From Epithemia pelagica (lineage: Eukaryota > Protista > Bacillariophyta): a stretch of 64,000 nucleotides of DNA. Shown one piece after another: positions 60,815 to 64,000 of this stretch (the stretch's first letter is position 1; each line of letters opens with the position of its first letter). The notes under the pieces are model-generated. The model saw only the letters and a program-made list of their open reading frames with translations, was not told the DNA's origin and made no database searches. The stretch is from positions 2,046,001 through 2,110,000 of the forward strand of contig OX337233.1 in the NCBI GenBank assembly GCA_946965045.2, in the 5' to 3' direction. The position numbers were made by a program, and so were the translations under genes.

Positions 60815-61032
60815 AGTACAGTTATTTTCGCACGAACGCATGAAGCATTTCACCTCGATAGAAAAAAGGTTCGTATACTTCACAATCACCCGGCCCCGAG
60901 ACTTTTGTCAGTAGTTTTGCCGCAAGAAGGAGGCTCCAAACTAGGATTCTACCCCTACTACCCCAAGGAAATGATGATGCTGATCTATCAAGGTTAAGGC
61001 TACAGAAATGAAGCAATCTCAGTCACGAATTA

Positions 61033-62494
61033 AGGGAATAGCGAAATGACAGACTTTCATGACAGACTTTCGGATAAACTTTCAAAATGTTGACTGTTAT
61101 ACGGACAGACTATCCGGTTGCACTCCATGTCACTGTTGCTCTTCCACATGCACTCTTCATTTAAATAAAATGGCATTTTACTCCAAATGGCATTTTACTT
61201 TAGCCCTTCTTGTCTCGTCAGTGCCACTTCAAATTCATGACGAGGATACCCCGTTTAACCCTAACTCTAAAAACGAATGTTTACCCGAATGTCTGTCATT
61301 TCGCTATTCAGGCCTGAAAAAGTGAAATGACAGACTTTCGGGGTAGTTGTTTGACAGACATTCGGAGTTTCAGGTAGCTTTTTGACAGACATTCGGAGTT
61401 TCAGGTAGCTTTTTGACAGACATTCGGGAAAACTTTTTATTTTTGTAGTATCTTTTATTTACAATACAAAAAAATGTTCCCAACCAACATCATATCTACA
61501 CATGATAGAGAGAATATTGCCTTTTAGTGTCTTGATTTCCCGTAATCAGACTGCTCGTTTGGACCCAACAATGATGGAACAATGATGGAACCAACCACGC
61601 CAAGGAAGCAGCAAACAATCACCTACCAACTACTTGCTGCCAACGAACAACGAACAATGACAACACTCGGCAACAACAACAAAAACAACCCGCACGCAAC
61701 AATCAACTACTCGTTGTCACCGAACCCAGTGCACGAGACTGTGCCCGTCAATGACAACAAGAAGCAACAACGACATGCGGCGACTGCAGCAACGACATGC
61801 GACAAGACAGCAAGCGTCGACAACGACGGCGACAACAACAACATGCGGCTACAACAACGACAGCGACAACAACAACATGCGGCTACAACCACAAGAACAA
61901 CATACTCAACAATCAACTCCTCGTTTCTGCCCAACGGCAAAACAATCGGCGACGACGGCATGGCAACAGCACCATTCGGCTGCTTCCGATAACACAGTTC
62001 GAGTGGAAGAAGGAGTGGACGCCGTAAACGAGAGCACCTTATCGAATCTTGACACTCTTACTGGATGGTGAAACAACAATAAACAAAGACAAAGACAAAT
62101 GGATCGATGCAGGCAAAAGACAGGATGGTGAACGAGGATGGATGGACGAAACGATTGCCTACGAGTATGACATATACAAGTATGTACAAAGCTAACTAGT
62201 ACATGCTCTCACTCAATTAGTCATGTTCATACAAGTAGAGGAGGCGGGTTGATTGCTGTTGTGTTAGAGCCTCCTCGCCATGGTGTGTGTGAGGATAGTT
62301 TGCATATCTTGAGATTGAGCATCTCATTGATCGGTCGGTCCATGTGAGGGATGAGGGGCAATTCATCTTAGTTTTTTACTTCGGGAAAATGTATAAAGTG
62401 AATCTCGTTGGGCCGAAATTCCCTCTAAAGTTGAAAGTTTATCCGAAAGTCTGTCATGAAAGTCTGTCATGAAAGTCTGTCATTTCACTCCCCT
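61033..62494. mobile_element. Non-autonomous Mutator-like (MULE) element, ~1.46 kb
   Basis: Inverted termini AGGGAATAGCGAAATGACAGACTTTCATGACAGACTTTCGGATAAACTTTCAA and its near mirror. Direct target duplication CACGAATTA (61024-61032 / 62495-62503), extendable to the 11-bp TCACGAATTAA. No transposase. Confidence 0.85.
61327..61430 (+). repeat. Subterminal 31-bp-period repeats carrying the TIR motif TGACAGAC(A/T)TTC
   Basis: Units start at 61352, 61383 and 61414, with a further motif copy near 61328. Confidence 0.85.
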
Positions 62495-62562
62495 CACGAA
62501 TTAAAGCATATCTTTCGACTCGAGGTTCGAAGTGTCAAAGTGCAAGAAGACAATCGGCAACC

Positions 62563-63900
62563 ATGGGTAATGCTTCTGTCTCTGAACTTAATGGTACCAT
62601 GCAAGAAGAATCCTCGGGAACCCCAAACGACCGTGATGGAGAAAGTATGGCTACGAAAACCACAACCGCTGCAGCTATGGAGCATGCTTCGTTCTCATCA
62701 AATACTGGGGCGACCGAGAAGTCGGAAGCTCTCAATGGCGAGGCAATGGGGGAAAATGCGGGAGGACCATTAATCACGAAAAATGGCTCTCAGTCCATCG
62801 ATAATGTTACCGTGGACGACAAGGTAGAAACAATGGCAACAGCAGAAGATGTTGTCACTGAAAAATCCCAGGACAAAGCCCCCGAATCTTCTTATCCAAC
62901 GGAAGCACAGACTGAATCCAACAGTGCAATGGAATTGGATAAAGGAGAGCACTTGGTAAAATCGTCTGAAGAAAATTCCAATGGAAAGGCATTCAGTAGT
63001 GGCACTGAGGGGGGAACCGCAGATCAATCGGCTTCTCAAGATCCAACGGATACTCGTTGCAAGTCTTACGATCCACAAAAGATGGAAGTGCATGCGGAAC
63101 AAAACCCAGGACCATCGTGTGAAGGCATACTCAATGGAGAACCGGGTGTTATTGCAGATCAAGAAAAGAAGTCAGACGAGTCTTCGTCGCAAAATCCATC
63201 CCAGGACGGGAAGTACGAAGTGAATAACAATCAGTCGAAGGATCTTCCATCCAATGAAGCGATGGATATCGACGAGACAGAACTGAAAGAAAAGACTCCA
63301 AATTCGCCGGAAGATAAAGGATCACCTCGCACTTCTGGTGACAACGGTGGCTCAGAGAATCAGGCGAATTCAGGTGACGCCGACTGCAATCCTACCATGA
63401 AGTATCCCGTTTTCACAGTCGTGTACAAGGTCAGTAGTCTTGGTTTTCTGCCTATCTCTGTATTGCTCCGATAGGTCTTGTTAATCGTTTGGTTTTGATA
63501 CAGGCCTTTGGTGATGAACACTATTTTGGCTTCGTGGAAACTATTTTAGATGAAGAAAAATGGTATAGCGTTCGGTATGAAGACAATGATGTTGAAGATC
63601 TCGACGAAGATGAGATGGATAAGATTGCGGTGACGTTTGAAGAGGGGGAAATTGCACTCATCTCGCCTCTTGATGAAGAAAACACGAAAACCAGACTAGT
63701 TGACCGTTTGACCAAAGGGACAGCGGACATTGTCAACTATGACAAACGCTTCAAGAATTTGAATTACGATTCTTTGGCTCGATACATTGAAAAACGTAAA
63801 GCGCAAGAGCTTGGGGCTCAAGAACAGGACGCAGAGCCCGAAAAGCACGAAAGCGAGGCTTGGTCCCCTGCGTGGGAACTCGGGGATGTAGTTTGTAAGG
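62563..63900 (+). CDS. Tudor-domain (PTM/DIR17-like) chromatin protein, partial at window edge
   Basis: Long acidic disordered N-terminus. The spliced YPVFTVVYK|AFGDEHYFGFVETI...WYSVRYEDNDVEDL Tudor is followed by a second WELGDVVCK start before the next intron. Confidence 0.75.
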
Positions 63901-64000
63901 TACGTGGGTCATGTGGTTTGGAGCAGCATTGACGAAAGCTGGAGTTCTCTGATTGCTTCGATTTTCTTTCTATCAGTTTTTCCCTCCCAACTGGTTCTTT

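Overview
Eukaryotic nuclear DNA, most likely a pennate diatom. This is inferred from short GT-AG introns, signal-peptide plus Phe plastid presequences, a nuclear-encoded plastid sigma factor and a monomeric IDH. About 20 host genes are recognisable: RNase H, HSF, DNL/Zim17, plastid Rossmann-fold protein, ferric reductase, RNF5-like RING, RPC2, EGF membrane protein, sigma-70, NADP-IDH, U2A', class I aldolase, fibrillin-like, MAM33, globin, uL24m, PP4 and a Tudor protein. They are interspersed with accessory elements. The most striking is an 8.4-kb composite piggyBac-like transposon (89-8508). It has long imperfect TIRs, non-TTAA ends and a three-exon transposase with N-terminal Tudor/SH3-like modules. 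Inside it, a roughly 250-bp bidirectional start cassette occurs twice and launches four cargo ORFs, including a captured glycerol-kinase fragment and a stand-alone copy of the transposase Cys-rich domain. Also present: a 5'-truncated Penelope-like retroelement with a hammerhead core, a non-autonomous Mutator-like element, a Crinkler-type REase+kinase gene, a divergent kinase / Uma2-like nuclease pair, and a sigma factor carrying 15 tandem 11-aa Asn-Gly repeats. All family assignments come from motif recognition by eye; no database searches were run.
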